NCBI GenBank assembly: GCA_951406725.2 | Contig: OX597836.1 | Span: 248,001 to 312,000, forward strand | Length of the DNA stretch: 64,000 nt | Reading direction: 5' to 3' | From: Octopus vulgaris | Taxonomy: Eukaryota | The notes under the pieces: model-generated | Database searches by the model: none | What the model was told of the DNA's origin: nothing | Seen by the model: only the letters and a program-made list of their open reading frames with translations | Program-made: the position numbers and the translations under genes | Shown here: positions 25,201 through 38,500 of the stretch, one piece after another | How the letters are laid out: each line of letters starts with the position of its first letter | How positions within the stretch are numbered: position 1 is the stretch's first letter

Positions 25201-28200
25201 GTCTCTCAGGCTTCCCTTAAAAAGAAAGCTGATATTCTAGGAATGAACAGCTGCAATGGCACTTACTCTATCTGAACCAGGATACCACTAACATTTCTCC
25301 GTTTACTTGGAACCGAAGAACCAGTTCCTAAGAACAAAATTTCAGGACCTTTGGATGTCATAGGTTCCTCTGAAATGAGAAAAAGAAAAACTTATTGCAT
25401 GTTTGCTGTTAATTTAACAACTTGTAGCAAAAGTAAAAAAATACAATAAAATAAAATAAAATGACAGCTAAACCTACAGGAAATGGCAGCCAAATCTCCC
25501 TCATATCATACCTTATGACCTTAAAACAAAAAGAAAAGCAGACATGTTTGACAATGTTGCTCAGGTTAAAAACAAAAAAGAAAACGAGTTGGTCATGGCT
25601 GGAATATTTTTTGTTTCAATCAGAGCTTGAGTTGGAGCAAAATAATAATTAAAAAAGTGAAGTAAAACGGATAGTCACAGATGAAACTCCTATGAGGAGA
25701 GGTGTGCTGGATCAGGGCCAACCTGGGGTCTAAACAACAGTAGCAACAAGATATCTAATGGTGGTCAGCATCAGCTGAGGAGTTACTTTGATAAAGTTTA
25801 AAGTAGAAAATGGGTTTTATGGTCTGTTGGTCAGCAACTAAAACTCTCTTTCCTCTCAAGTTTACTTGGTAAATAAGATGAGTGAACACTGGGCACGTTT
25901 AAGAAGAAAAACCTATCAAATGATGGAAGAACAAAGAAAGAGGCAGAACATAACCAGAATATTACACCATAATTCAATTACTAAGCTGATGGGTTGACAC
26001 CCAGAGGTTGTTTCTCTTGCTATGCATTATTTCTTGAGCAAAAGAATTTTGGGCCCTGCTCTGCACAACATCAGAACCCTTTTTGTAGCACATTCGGGTT
26101 ATTCAGTTTTTTAAAAGACTCTTCAAAATGGAATAATTATTGCATCATTTCAAGGCTGGTGATGAACGACAATATCAGTAAAGTGCCACAGAAATTGGTG
26201 TTTGGCTGTATTGGTTATGTTAAGTTTTCAGTTCAAACCCTACTAAGCTTGCTCCTCTCACTTCCAAGATCAATAACAGTTAATTTAATCAACCATCCTT
26301 CAGATATAATTAATTCCCCTCTCATAACTTGTGTATCTATCCTCAATGTGAAACTACCCGTCATTCTAGGGTGCAAAACTTCATTTTTACATAATTTTTT
26401 TTTTAATTATGTTCAAAACGCTAATAATGCAAAAAAGTTATATTTCCCTAAATCCACTCAATTCTTGTCTTGCTGTTGCCGCTTCCAGTAATTTCATTCA
26501 TCACTAGGATACTTCAGAAGAATAGTAAATTGATATAACTGGTATTTGATTCTAGTAACTCAAGGAAGTTAACAAAAAGGGAACAGATCCATAAAATGCA
26601 ATCATAGCAATATTCGAACTCAGAACATAAAGATTTGTATCTAAACACCACAGGTCTTTTACTTGTACCAGTCCATTAGCAGCAGTCCACCAACTTCCTT
26701 GAGAATTTCCAAAACTAACTAAAACATATAGACAGTTGTATTTCATTAAAAATCCCATCACAAAGGAGCTAATACACTAACATAATCACCAGTTTACAGC
26801 ATTTCTCCATAAAAGCTTTTAAAATCATCATTTAACATTCTTTTTCCCAATCTTGTACAAGTTTGATGCTTCTCATGGCATCTCAGTTCTTCATTAGGCA
26901 CAAATGGCAACAGAGAAAAATTACTGAAACTTTATAGTATGTCATACACTTTTTTTTTTCTGGAAGGGTGGCAAGGTTTTCTTGCTAGAATGTCCTTCTT
27001 ATCAGCCACTTTATTGTGTCAAAGACGGAGTGCATTGTATTTGAATACAATCACTCAATAAGTTGTCTACAAATAAAAAGAATCAAAAATGTTTGGACTC
27101 ACCAAGATTCTGTGAATGTTCTTTAACTCTTACATGGAATTCTTGAAGTTGTTTTTCAAAGCCTTTCATTTTCCAAGCCTCTCTTATAAACTCACCATTA
27201 TTCAACTCTAAACATTGGTCACTGAAATCAAACATGAAAAAATAGAATCAAAATTAAAACGCCAGACACAGGCATGGTTAAGAAGTCCACCTTGTGACTT
27301 TGTGGTTCTGGGTTCAATCCCAATGCAAAGTTCCTCAGGCAAGTATCTTCTACTATAGCTTCAAGTAAACCAATGCCTTGCAAGTGGAATATTGCTAGTT
27401 GCAATCTACAGAAAGACAATTGCTTGTCTGATTGAGTGTGTGTGTGGAGGGGGGGGAGGTGAAGTTGCATCCTTTTACATCAAAATATAAAACTGAATCA
27501 TTTGATAAAGAGAGAGATCAGTGAACTAAGTATTGGGCTAAACAACTTAGGTTGCTATGGTTAAGTAAAGCCTTTTGGGATGATGTAGTAATCCAGTAAA
27601 AGAGTAGAAGGAAGAGCAAAGATGAGTGAAAACAGGAGGCAGAAGTGGCAAGAAGCAGATAGAAGATAAAGAGGAGAGAGAGAAATGAAGGCAAAGGCTG
27701 AAGAGCAAAGAAGTAAATGAGGGAAATAGAGAAATGGAAAGAGAAGGGAGCAAAAAGGATTTAAAACAAAAGTGAACAAAGGAAGAAAGTGTGAAAAGGG
27801 CTAAAGAGAATTGATTACTAACTAATTGAACCCTTTCCGTGGTCGTACAAAGAATTTCAGATTAGTACTGGCCAGCTGTACATTGTCTTCTGAAGCAGTG
27901 TCATTTACTGTTATTGCCTTTGAGTTCTCAGGTCGTTGGTGATAAAGCAATGGAAAGATACTGGGACTCAGTAAATTCAACATTGCCTGAATTTTGTAAG
28001 AACCAAAGTTAGCCACAGAGCTGGTGCTTTCATTCACAATTAGATGGCTTGTGCTGTTGGGAAACCTGAAAAGATATGGATGACAAAAACCTTGTGGTAC
28101 ATGAATATTTTATAATTATTTCATATCATGCTTTTGTTTGAATAGTAGCACCATTGGTGAACAGGTTTCCTTCAGGTCAATCAGAGACTGCATTTATGAT

Positions 28201-31200
28201 GGCCAAAGTGAGAAGAGGCTTCTGTGCAACTCAGGCATAAGAAATACCACTCACACAAGGCTTTTTTGGCTTGAAAGTATAGTTTAACAGCATTGAAAGT
28301 TTAACAAGTATTTTTGGCTAATATTTATATCTTTTGCCATCATACATTATATATATTCCTAAATTTTTTTCATGTTCACATGCTCTTCCAGTCACTAGCC
28401 CTTATCTTTTCCACATAAAAGGGATTTATTTTTATTCCACCTCAAATGCGCAGAGCTGCAGGATAATTAAAAGAGAAAGTCAACAAAACACTATAGAATT
28501 TGTCTAAAGAAGAGAATATGAATATTCAGACACATTGTGAGTGGAATTGGTAATCCATGAGGATATAAGCAAATTTCTTAAGCACACAGCTATGCTGGCA
28601 TCACATGCATTTATATAGGCATGGATAGGGGCAGATGCAGTTGTACAGAGGCCAAGGAATGGCTGATTTATTCAGTTCTCTTCACAACCATGTGGCCTTG
28701 AATTCAACCCCACTGGATGGCACCTTGGGCAAGTGTCTTCTATTATAGCTTTGAGTCAGCCAATACTTTATGAGTAAAATTTGGTAGACAGAAACTATGC
28801 AAGTTGTTGGTATTGCTGTGTAGCTCAAGTCAGCTCTGGTCGTGCAAAACCTATGATCAAATTGGAATCAATTATGACCGTCCTGTCTTTCTATACATTT
28901 ATTCTTTGTTACCCCAACCAACCTGCCTGAGACTGCTCCTGGTTTTGTGATACAAACTTCCTGCTTTAAAGTGACATGTTTCTCAATAAAAACATGGCAA
29001 GAAAAGGGTTAAAATGGTAATGCATGGCATGAAGGAGACATGGCCTTTTGTATTTACTATTTGCTGACAAAATCACTTGTTTTCTCAGATTCTACTGTTT
29101 CACTACAACCAAGTGTGCATCCAGCAAAATTGCCAGAATGCTTACCCTAATAGCAAAAGACAGTTTTTTTCTCAGCTATATATCCATTTTCCATGTGAGC
29201 ATGGGTGGGAGAAATTTTGACAACAGCATATTGGTGCAACAATTGTCTTCATAATTGGACAGAAAATAGGAACTTGTTGTCAACCAAACAACATAAACTA
29301 TGCAGCATAGTGTTACATGCCTTACACAGATACACATTGTAATAGCTATACTGGAAGTCTGAAGTAGCTAGTAATAGTCCAGTAGCAAAGACAGAAGTAT
29401 AACACTTCAACCTTATCGTCACTGAGCCTAACCGTTGCTATTCAAAAACAAAATTATTTCGGGTTGTCACATAATAAAATGACATAAATGAAAGTGCTAT
29501 TAATATTTATTATCAAAAAACGAAAATGGAGCACAGCCTGTGAAACAATGAATGCTTGAAGCAATGCTTACTATGATAAACAAATGGAGGATTTCTTTTG
29601 TTTCCATACCTTTTCATCCATTTTTGGTATTTGGGATGTGAAATTACTTCCACACTAGACATATGCACCACAACATCAGCAGGTAGGTGCTGGTCATCAT
29701 TCTCAACTTGCAATGAAGCAAGGGACTCACTTGATAAAAGAGCATCCAAGTAGTCAATATTAGGGCATTCAAGAACTGAGGGTAAAAAAAAATATATATC
29801 AATATTAAAAAACAAAAAAAAAGATTTATAACTACCACCCCAAACGTTTTACCTTAAATTTTTGACGTACCCTAAAGGTCCGCGGACGCTACTTGCAAAC
29901 TCTTGGTTTATTATAAACCGCTTTTGTCGTGTGCACCAAAAAACCTTTTCCATTCGTTTGTTCAGTTTGGTCACTTTTGACTTTTTCGTTGTTGTCACTC
30001 ACATTGCTGCCCGCTTTTTTGCCGTTTAAAATATGAATTATTCCTTATAATAACAAATATGAATAAATTCTATTGTTGTCATCTATTGTTGACATTATTC
30101 TTATTAAGATGGCAGAATTGTTAGCACGCCAGGCAAAATGCTTAGCAGCATTTTGTCCATTTTTACATTCTGAGTTGAAACTTCACCGAGATCAACTTTG
30201 CTGTTGATCCTTTTGGAGTTGATAAATTAAGGACCAGTGAAACACTGGGGTCGATGTAATCAACTAGTCCTCTCCCACAAAATTTCAGACCTTGTGTTTA
30301 TAATAGAAAGGATTATTATTATTATTATATCATTATTATTATTATTATTATGCTGTTTACAATGATGATGATCAGAGAGATCAGGCCCAATCAAGTGGTT
30401 GAAAATTCCACCAGGGTTCATAATGTCAAAGATATATTTTTTTATTATTTTTATTTCAAGGCTTGGCAATGAGTTTAGGGATTTAACTTAAGTAGGGTCT
30501 TATCTTTACACTGTTCTCAGTATCCCAAATTTTTCATTCCTTTGAGACCTTAAGGTCAGGCTTGGTTGTCAGTGGACAATTTTTGTATGTTGATGACTTG
30601 GTTCTTATAATAAAATCGGAGAGAGAGTTACATAAAAATCCTGCCTAGATATCAACACAACAAAGACCAAAGTGCTTAGTTGGTGAAAGAGACAATACAG
30701 CTCTTCCATCTGAGGAGTCACTTTACTTAATATGTGAAGTCAGAAGTCAATTCTAAGTATTCAGGAAAAGCAATGGCTCCACAAAAGGTGCAGAAGCGTA
30801 GTTGAAGCATTCACACAATAACTGTTTAATCAGCTTTGGAGGTGAATGCAATAAAAAAAAAAGAAGAAGGAAGATCTGGCCAAAGTTTAGAACAGTTGTC
30901 TGTGGGCAACAAAGGGTCCTTTGTGAAAGGAGAACTATGAAATGTGTATGAAGTATGATGGTGCATGGTGCGACAGGGCACAGACACGATAAAACATGAA
31001 GAGGCTATAGAGAAATAATGCAAGCAATTTGATGTGTAGCATTGGCCTGCATGAGGATGAGGAGAGTAATTGGGTGTTTAAGCCATCTGCCAATGTGTGA
31101 AAAAGAGATTGTTGTATTGGTATAGACATGGGATGTGAATGAACAGTGAGGGTCAGGTAAAATAGATGTCATGAGCTGTTAGGAATAGAAGAGGAAGTAT

Positions 31201-34200
31201 GATGAGGTCTTGGGAAGAGTGACAAGATCAAACTCAATTGGGACTCTAATGAAGAGTTGATGAAAGATCATAACAATTAATGATGTACTGCACAGAAAAC
31301 TCGACCAAGCCATGCTAATCAGGAACTTAACATCTGTCTTTTAAGTCCCTTCAAGACATGATAAAAAAGTGCTGAGATCTCTATTACTAGCAGATGTACA
31401 CAAGTTATATAAATAGCAAACAACTTACCCAATAAAGGATATGGCTTCTCAACTTCACTAAGTACTTGATCAGGATGGATCTGATGAATAATTTTAATAA
31501 ATTCAACAAATAATATTAATGGCAAAATACTTAAATGATATAATTTCTAGAGGCAATACTCTAACTCCGATTGTTACCTGTAAAATCTCAATATAAAACA
31601 ACTTAAAAGTTAATCTTAGTATAGCAGGATGTTTTAAACCACATATATAAATATTATATATACAAATATCCAATAACAAGGGGCCTCATTTTATGATGAA
31701 AATGTTATATGAATAAAATTGTGAATATAAGTAAACCTTTTTTTTTTTTACTTTCTTTTACTTGAATCAGTCATTGGACTGCAACTATGCTAGGATACCA
31801 TCTTGAGGGGTTTAGTCAATTAAATTGACCCCAGTACTTATTTTAAAGTCTGGCACTTATTCTATCAGTTACTTTTTACTGAACTATTAAGTTATGGGGT
31901 CATAATACAAAGCAACACTAGTTGACAAGAAGACACACACATGTAATGAGCTTCAGTACAATTTCCAGTGACCAATTTCAGTTACCAGGTATTGGGGCCT
32001 ATAGCAGAAGATACTTGTCCAAAGTGCTGAACAGTGAGATTGAACCACTATCCATGAGTATGAAAGTTAATTTCTTAATTATACAGCTATGCCAGCTAGA
32101 ATTGTCAGCATAAAATGATATGAGACATTATCAGTATGAAACATTTCAAATTGGAACTGAAAATGTCTCACATCACTTGATGATTCAATGCAGAAGTGAA
32201 AGAGCCTTGGACAAAATGCCAGCTGCATTTATTTGTGATCCTTTTATGTTCTGAGTTCAACTTTGCCTTTCATCCTTTTAAGGTTGCAGTCAATGTGAAA
32301 AGTACCAGTCAAATATTGCCGTCAATTAATAATTCTTTCCCACAAAATTTGTGACCATGAGCCAATGTTAAAAGAAAATAAAAACAATGTATATATTTAT
32401 ATACGAGTTTCTGTATAAATGTATACAGTGAATAAAATATGAGAAAACAAAGTTATGGAGATGTAAACAAACCAACATTAGTTAAACAGTAGTGGAACAC
32501 ATATACACACATATGAAGGGTTTTCACACAGATTCACCCTTAAGGCATTAGTCACTCAGTGCCATAGTAGAAGACACTTGCCCAATGTGCCATGCAGTGG
32601 GACTGAACCCAAATTTACAGTGTTGCCAAGTGAGCTTCTTAACCACACAGTCAGGTTTACATCCATAAAAGCCAAAAACTGACATCTAATGTTTATCCTG
32701 CAAATTTAGATACTTTACAACGTTTGACCAGAACGAAAATAAAATTAGTCCACTTGGCTATTGTTTGTTTTGAAGCCAAAACAATATGGTCATTACTCCT
32801 GGCAACTTAACCTGATAACTATTCTTTGAACTAATAAGGGAACATCCATGTCACTCCAGCAGCTTGAAATGCAAATTATGTTATCATAAGAATGAGAAGA
32901 TTTCGACCATCAATAGAGAAGATTAGGGTTGATCTACAACTAAAAAACAGCAGCTACTGTGCTTCATATAACAATGAAATTATTCAAGCATCATGTTTAC
33001 CACAGTTCCATTATCTAGCGTCACAGAGGTTTCATTCTTTAAAATTCCCAGAAGTGGCCCTCTGTAAAAATAGAGAAAGAGAGAAAATAAATGAATTTTA
33101 ATTTCACTTCAGTAAAATGGTTTTTCATGTTTAAAGCAAAAGAAACAAACAAAAGTATATGAAACAACATTGGTTTGTTTAACATCACGATAACATTGCA
33201 TCTGTAGCTAAGACATCTAACTCTACTGAAGGACTGCATATACCTTGGAGTAAGTCACCTCAGCAAATGGAGGAGGTTATTTATAATTTTAAGAATGTGT
33301 GGATGGGGTGCACATTATCATAATTGAACTTTTGACAGCCGAACCAGAAAAATTTAATATTTGGATGGCAAAGCTGAATGAATCTACATTACTGAATGAT
33401 TAATTGCATGCTTCCACTGCACTATCAAGCAGTTTTGTGTGCCTTCAGGATGTGCAGTGATTTGTTTTTGCTTCATTAGCAGTAGTGGTTCTCTTTATTA
33501 TTATTATTACAAGTAGTAGTAGTAAGGCAAAGAGCTGACAGAATCATTAGCATGGCAGGCAAAGTACTTGGCAGCATTTCATCCATCTTCATGGACTGAA
33601 TTCAAATTCTGCTGAGGTCAACTTTACCTTTCATTCTTTCAGGACCAATAAAATATGTACCAGTTGAGCACCGGGGTCAATGTAAGAGACTTATCCCCTC
33701 ACAGAAATTGCTGGCTTTGAGCCAAAATTTGAAACTATTATCATTTCATTAGAAAATTGGACAAAATACATGGAAGTCTTTGTTCTGGCTCTTTATATTC
33801 TCAGTTCAAATACCACTGAGATCAACTTTACCTTTCATCCTTATGGGGCTAACAAATTATAATTCTTGTCAGGCAATGGGACTGATGTGTTGACTAATCT
33901 CCTGACCCTCAAACATCTTGTCTATGTAAGAAGGGAAGGGTCAGATACTGCATGTGTTCAATATGCTCGCAGAATGAATTAACGCTGAGCTGGTCTCAAC
34001 TACAAATCCATTGATACCAAAACATTTCACCTGCTTCCTTATTGAATGAGTTTGCTTAAGCATAGCTGATCAAAGCTACTCCATTTAAAACAGCAACCAT
34101 CAGAGGAATAAACTCTTAAAGTCAGCCTTTGTTGGATTTCAAAACAGTTACAAAGTTCCTATACTGACAATAAACATGATTAAGTTTGAACCTTTTGCAT

Positions 34201-35488
34201 AAAGAAGGATGAAGGTGAAAAGAACAAAAGCCATTTGGTACTTACACAGGAACCCCAAGATCTACACACTTCTCAAGATTCAATCGACGCCGAGCAGGAT
34301 GAGGCTGGAAATGAAGAAACTTTTTGTTAATTTTCTTGTGACAGCATTCACATCTAATAGCAAAATCATAATCAAAGTTGGTGTGGCAAGCATCAGTACT
34401 TATAGAGTGGTATTACATTTTTGGAGAATGTAAACCACAAGCTAATTTATTCCATTTTGCTTGTATTGTTTATTGTCTTATGAAAATATATACTTCACAG
34501 CTTTTAATTTCATTTAAAAATCTCAAACTATATATTCTATTCTATTTATGGCTGGCAATCATCATATCATCATCATTATTATTATTTTTATCTAAAAGCA
34601 GCAAGCTGGCAGACTCATTAGTACATCAACCAAATGCTTAGCAGCAAAGCTGGCAGTCTCATTAGAACACCAACCAAATGCTTAGCAGCATTTCTTCCAG
34701 CTCTCTGCATTCTGAGTTCAAATTCTACAATGGCCAACATTGTCTTCATCCTTTCAGGGTCAATAAAATAAGTACCAGTTGAGTACTGGGGTCAATGTAA
34801 TTGACTAGCCTCCTCCCCCAAAACTGCAGGCCTTGTGCATATAGCAGAAAAAAATAATATTATTATTATTATTAAGGCTGTGAGCTAACAGAATCGTTAG
34901 CATGTTGGTCTGAATTCTTAGCAGTAGTTTGTCTGTCTTTATGTTCTGAGTTCAAATTCTGCCAAGATTGACTTTGCCTTTCATCCTTTCAGGGTTGATA
35001 AAATAAGTACCAGTCGAACATTGGGATCGATGTTATCGACTCATCCCATCTCCCAAAATCGCTGCCCTTGTGGCAAAATTAGAAACCATTATTGTTATAA
35101 CTATTAAGGAGATGAGCTGACAAAATCATTAGCAGAGCAGGCGAAATGCTTAGCAGTGTTTCAACCGTCACTATGTTCTGAGTTCAAAATACAGGGGTCA
35201 ATGCAATCAACTCACCCACTCCCCCAAAATTTCAGGCCTTGTGCCTTTAGTAGAAAGGATTACTATTGTTATTATTATTAAAGCAGCAAGCTGGCAGAAT
35301 TGCTAGCACGGTGGGCAAAATGTTTTGTGGTATTTCACCCATCGCTACATTCTGAGTTCAAATTCTGCCAAGGTTGATTTTGCCTTTCATCCTTTTGGGG
35401 GTCAAATTAAGTATCAGTCAAGAACTGGGGCCAATGCGATTGACTGTCCCTCACCCCACAAAAATCCAGGGTTGTACCTATACAAAGG

Positions 35489-35520
<32 letters not shown>

Positions 35521-38500
35521 GGCAGCGAGCTGGCAGAATTGTTAGAACGCCGGGCGAAATGCTTAGCGGTATTTCGTCTGCCGCTACGTTCTGAGTTCAA
35601 ATTCCGCAGAGGTCGACTTTGCCTTTCATCCTTCCAGGGTTGATTAAATAAGTACCAGTTGTGCACTGGGGTTGATATAATCGACTTAATCCATTTGTCT
35701 GTTCTTGTTTGTCCTCTCTGTGTTTAGCCCCTTGTGGGTAGTAAAGAAATAGGTATTTCATCCACCTCTACATTCTGAGTTCAAATTCCATCGAAGTCGA
35801 TTTTGCTTTTCCTCCTTTCGAGGTTGATAAATTAAGTACCAGTTACACACTGGGGGTCAATGTAATCGACTAGTCCCCTCCCCACAAATTTCAGGCCTTG
35901 TGCCTTTAATAGACGGGATTATTATTATTGGAGAGGGAAGTGCTATCTCCCAGTTAAATTGTGAAAAGATGGGTGACTGTGGCAAAAATGGTTAATGGTC
36001 CTACTCTAAATATACACCTGTAGATGAGCAGGAGAGAGGGTTCATACTTTTGGTGGTCAGGGTAATCCGGGATCTGTGGGGTTCCTTGATTGGTCTTAGC
36101 TGGAGTTTCTCCTGTACCAGGAGGACTGCATCATTCATGTTATCACATACTTTGTATATTATGCATACTTTTACCAGATTTCACTGCCTTTTGCATTTCT
36201 TTCCCTGCATCCTTTATGTAAATCCCTACACAAATTGTTCCCTATCCTTGTGATGCCTCCCTCATCTATACCCCTGTGGCTAATAAAATAAATTATCATT
36301 ATTATTATTATTAGAGAGGTAAATTGGAAGAATTGGAAGAGTAGTGAATAAAATTCTTTGTAATATTTGGTTAAATTTATGTCCTGAGTTCAAATCCCAC
36401 AAGAGCTGACTTTACTTTCATCTTGCCAGAGTTTTGTATGATAATTTTCTTCACATCAAAAATGAAAGGCAGAAGAATTTGAACTCAGAACAGTCAAATC
36501 TCAGTGAAGTCAGTTTCGCCTTTCACCCGTTGGCTTTTTCATTGTCGTTACATTTCTGTCACAACTTCTGACAGAAATGTCACTCGATATTTTGAATGAG
36601 AGAATGTGGAATTTAAACTCAGAATGCACACAAATAGAACAGATACTAACAATTCAGCCAATCAACCACCATTGATTAATAATTTATTTATCATGAAAAG
36701 ATGAAAACTGACTATGGCAGAACTTGAACTCAGAGCACAGACAGTTGGAACAAATGCCACAAAACGTTCTAACTGATGCTTTAATATCTTTACCAATTCA
36801 CTACCTTATGTATAACCATAAAAACCTATTAAGGAAATCACTGACTTGTTTCCTGCCACTGGCATTACACCATCCCCCTAAACAAGGCAACTCACAGGGA
36901 CCCATTACCCTAATTCTAAATCAGGACTGATTATTAAGCAGTGAATACTGAGTTCAAGATCACCTTATGGGTCTGGAGAAGTTAATGTTGTTGTGTAACC
37001 CAGGTGAATGTTAACTAAGCAGATTTATGATCAAAACCTTCCGATCATGACTATCCATTTTCGTATTTTCAAACATTATCCAATGTGTTATTTTTTCAAG
37101 ACAAATGGAAGTAATCTGAAGCAGCTACTACTTCTAGCAGGTCAAATGACACTGCAGAGCAATGATTCTCAATGTCTTGTAGTTCAATGATCCCTTTCTT
37201 GGAGTAACATTTCACATATGCCTCACGCCCTATATTTTGTAATAAAAACAAATCAAACAGAATCAATAATTTTTTGCAGAGATTTATTATTCTAGCCAGA
37301 TATTTGCATAGACATGTAGTCCTTAATCTAAAATTTTACAGAAATTATTAAAGAATGTGAAGATTTATACAACAAAATTATATTAGAATTTGAAGCATCA
37401 ACAGTTACCTTTTGCTCACCAATAACATTAGGTTTTAACCATAATTCTAATCCTGGCAAATACTTTTTTTTGTTAAAAAATGCCTCCTATGTTTTGCATA
37501 GATAAAAAAAAAAAGCCTCACTTACTGTACAAATAAAGGCCATGGCAGCATCTAATTCTTCAACAGAAAATCGCATTTTCTTAGGAGGTGCTGTAATGAA
37601 AGGGATCAAATATGTGAGAGAGAAGGGGGTGGGGGGCAGAAACTACATGAAAATGTCATGAAAAAGATAAATTAATAAGCAAAAACACATGAAGAACAAT
37701 TTTAGAAGAGTGCAAGGGGCTGATTAGGGTGGAGAGGAGAAGAGATAAAAATAGGGATGATGAGATATTTTATGTGGACCCTCAAGATACAGGGCAAACA
37801 GAAGTTAATAAGAAAAGAAGAACCATCAATGTGGATGGGTCGCGATTGCAAGAGAATATGGAAGAGTCGAGTGCAACGGTGAATATAATGAATGAACAAG
37901 TGTTAAGGGATACATAGAGGGGGTAGGGAAGATTAGGTGATGTTCAGCCCTTCTTCAAGCACCAATCATTCTCCATACTCTTCATTTATTCATACCAAGG
38001 TGAAGTTAAAAAACAACAGAAACTTTGTTATCTCCAGTGATGTGTATGTTTGTGTGTGTATTTGAACTGAAAGATAAATAATGGTTTTACTTGATGATAC
38101 AGTTGCTATATCCTCAGATAACAACAATGCCAATGTAATCAGCCAATGTAAAAATGATAAAACAAATTTCATGGAGTAAAGTTTGAAATGTTTTAACAAT
38201 TCTGGTTCCCTGAAAGTTGACAATGTTTAATTCTTTCTTACCTGGGTCACTGTTTTCAGTCAAATTTTCTTTTAGTTTACACATCTTAACTCTTTCTGTT
38301 GCAATGGCATTTGGTAGAAGGGAAACATATTCTATCTTAAAAGCAGTGTCTTCATAAATGCCCATATCAGCTTCACGTTTTTCTACACATAAAAAAAAAA
38401 GAAAGCATTGAAAGTACAAATAAAAATGATTTCTAACACTGACACAAGACCATAACAGATTGAAGAAGAGTAAAACTGAGTAGATTGACATAAAAAAGTA

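Noticed and set aside
29835-30025. CpG-rich intronic patch as an ncRNA or internal promoter
   Set aside because: No recognisable snoRNA, tRNA or snRNA boxes; the ggtccgcggac segment looks more like a DNA-transposon end remnant.
38090-38115. Extra ELAC2 micro-exon between exons 6 and 7
   Set aside because: Splice signals are weak, and exons 6 and 7 already join in phase.
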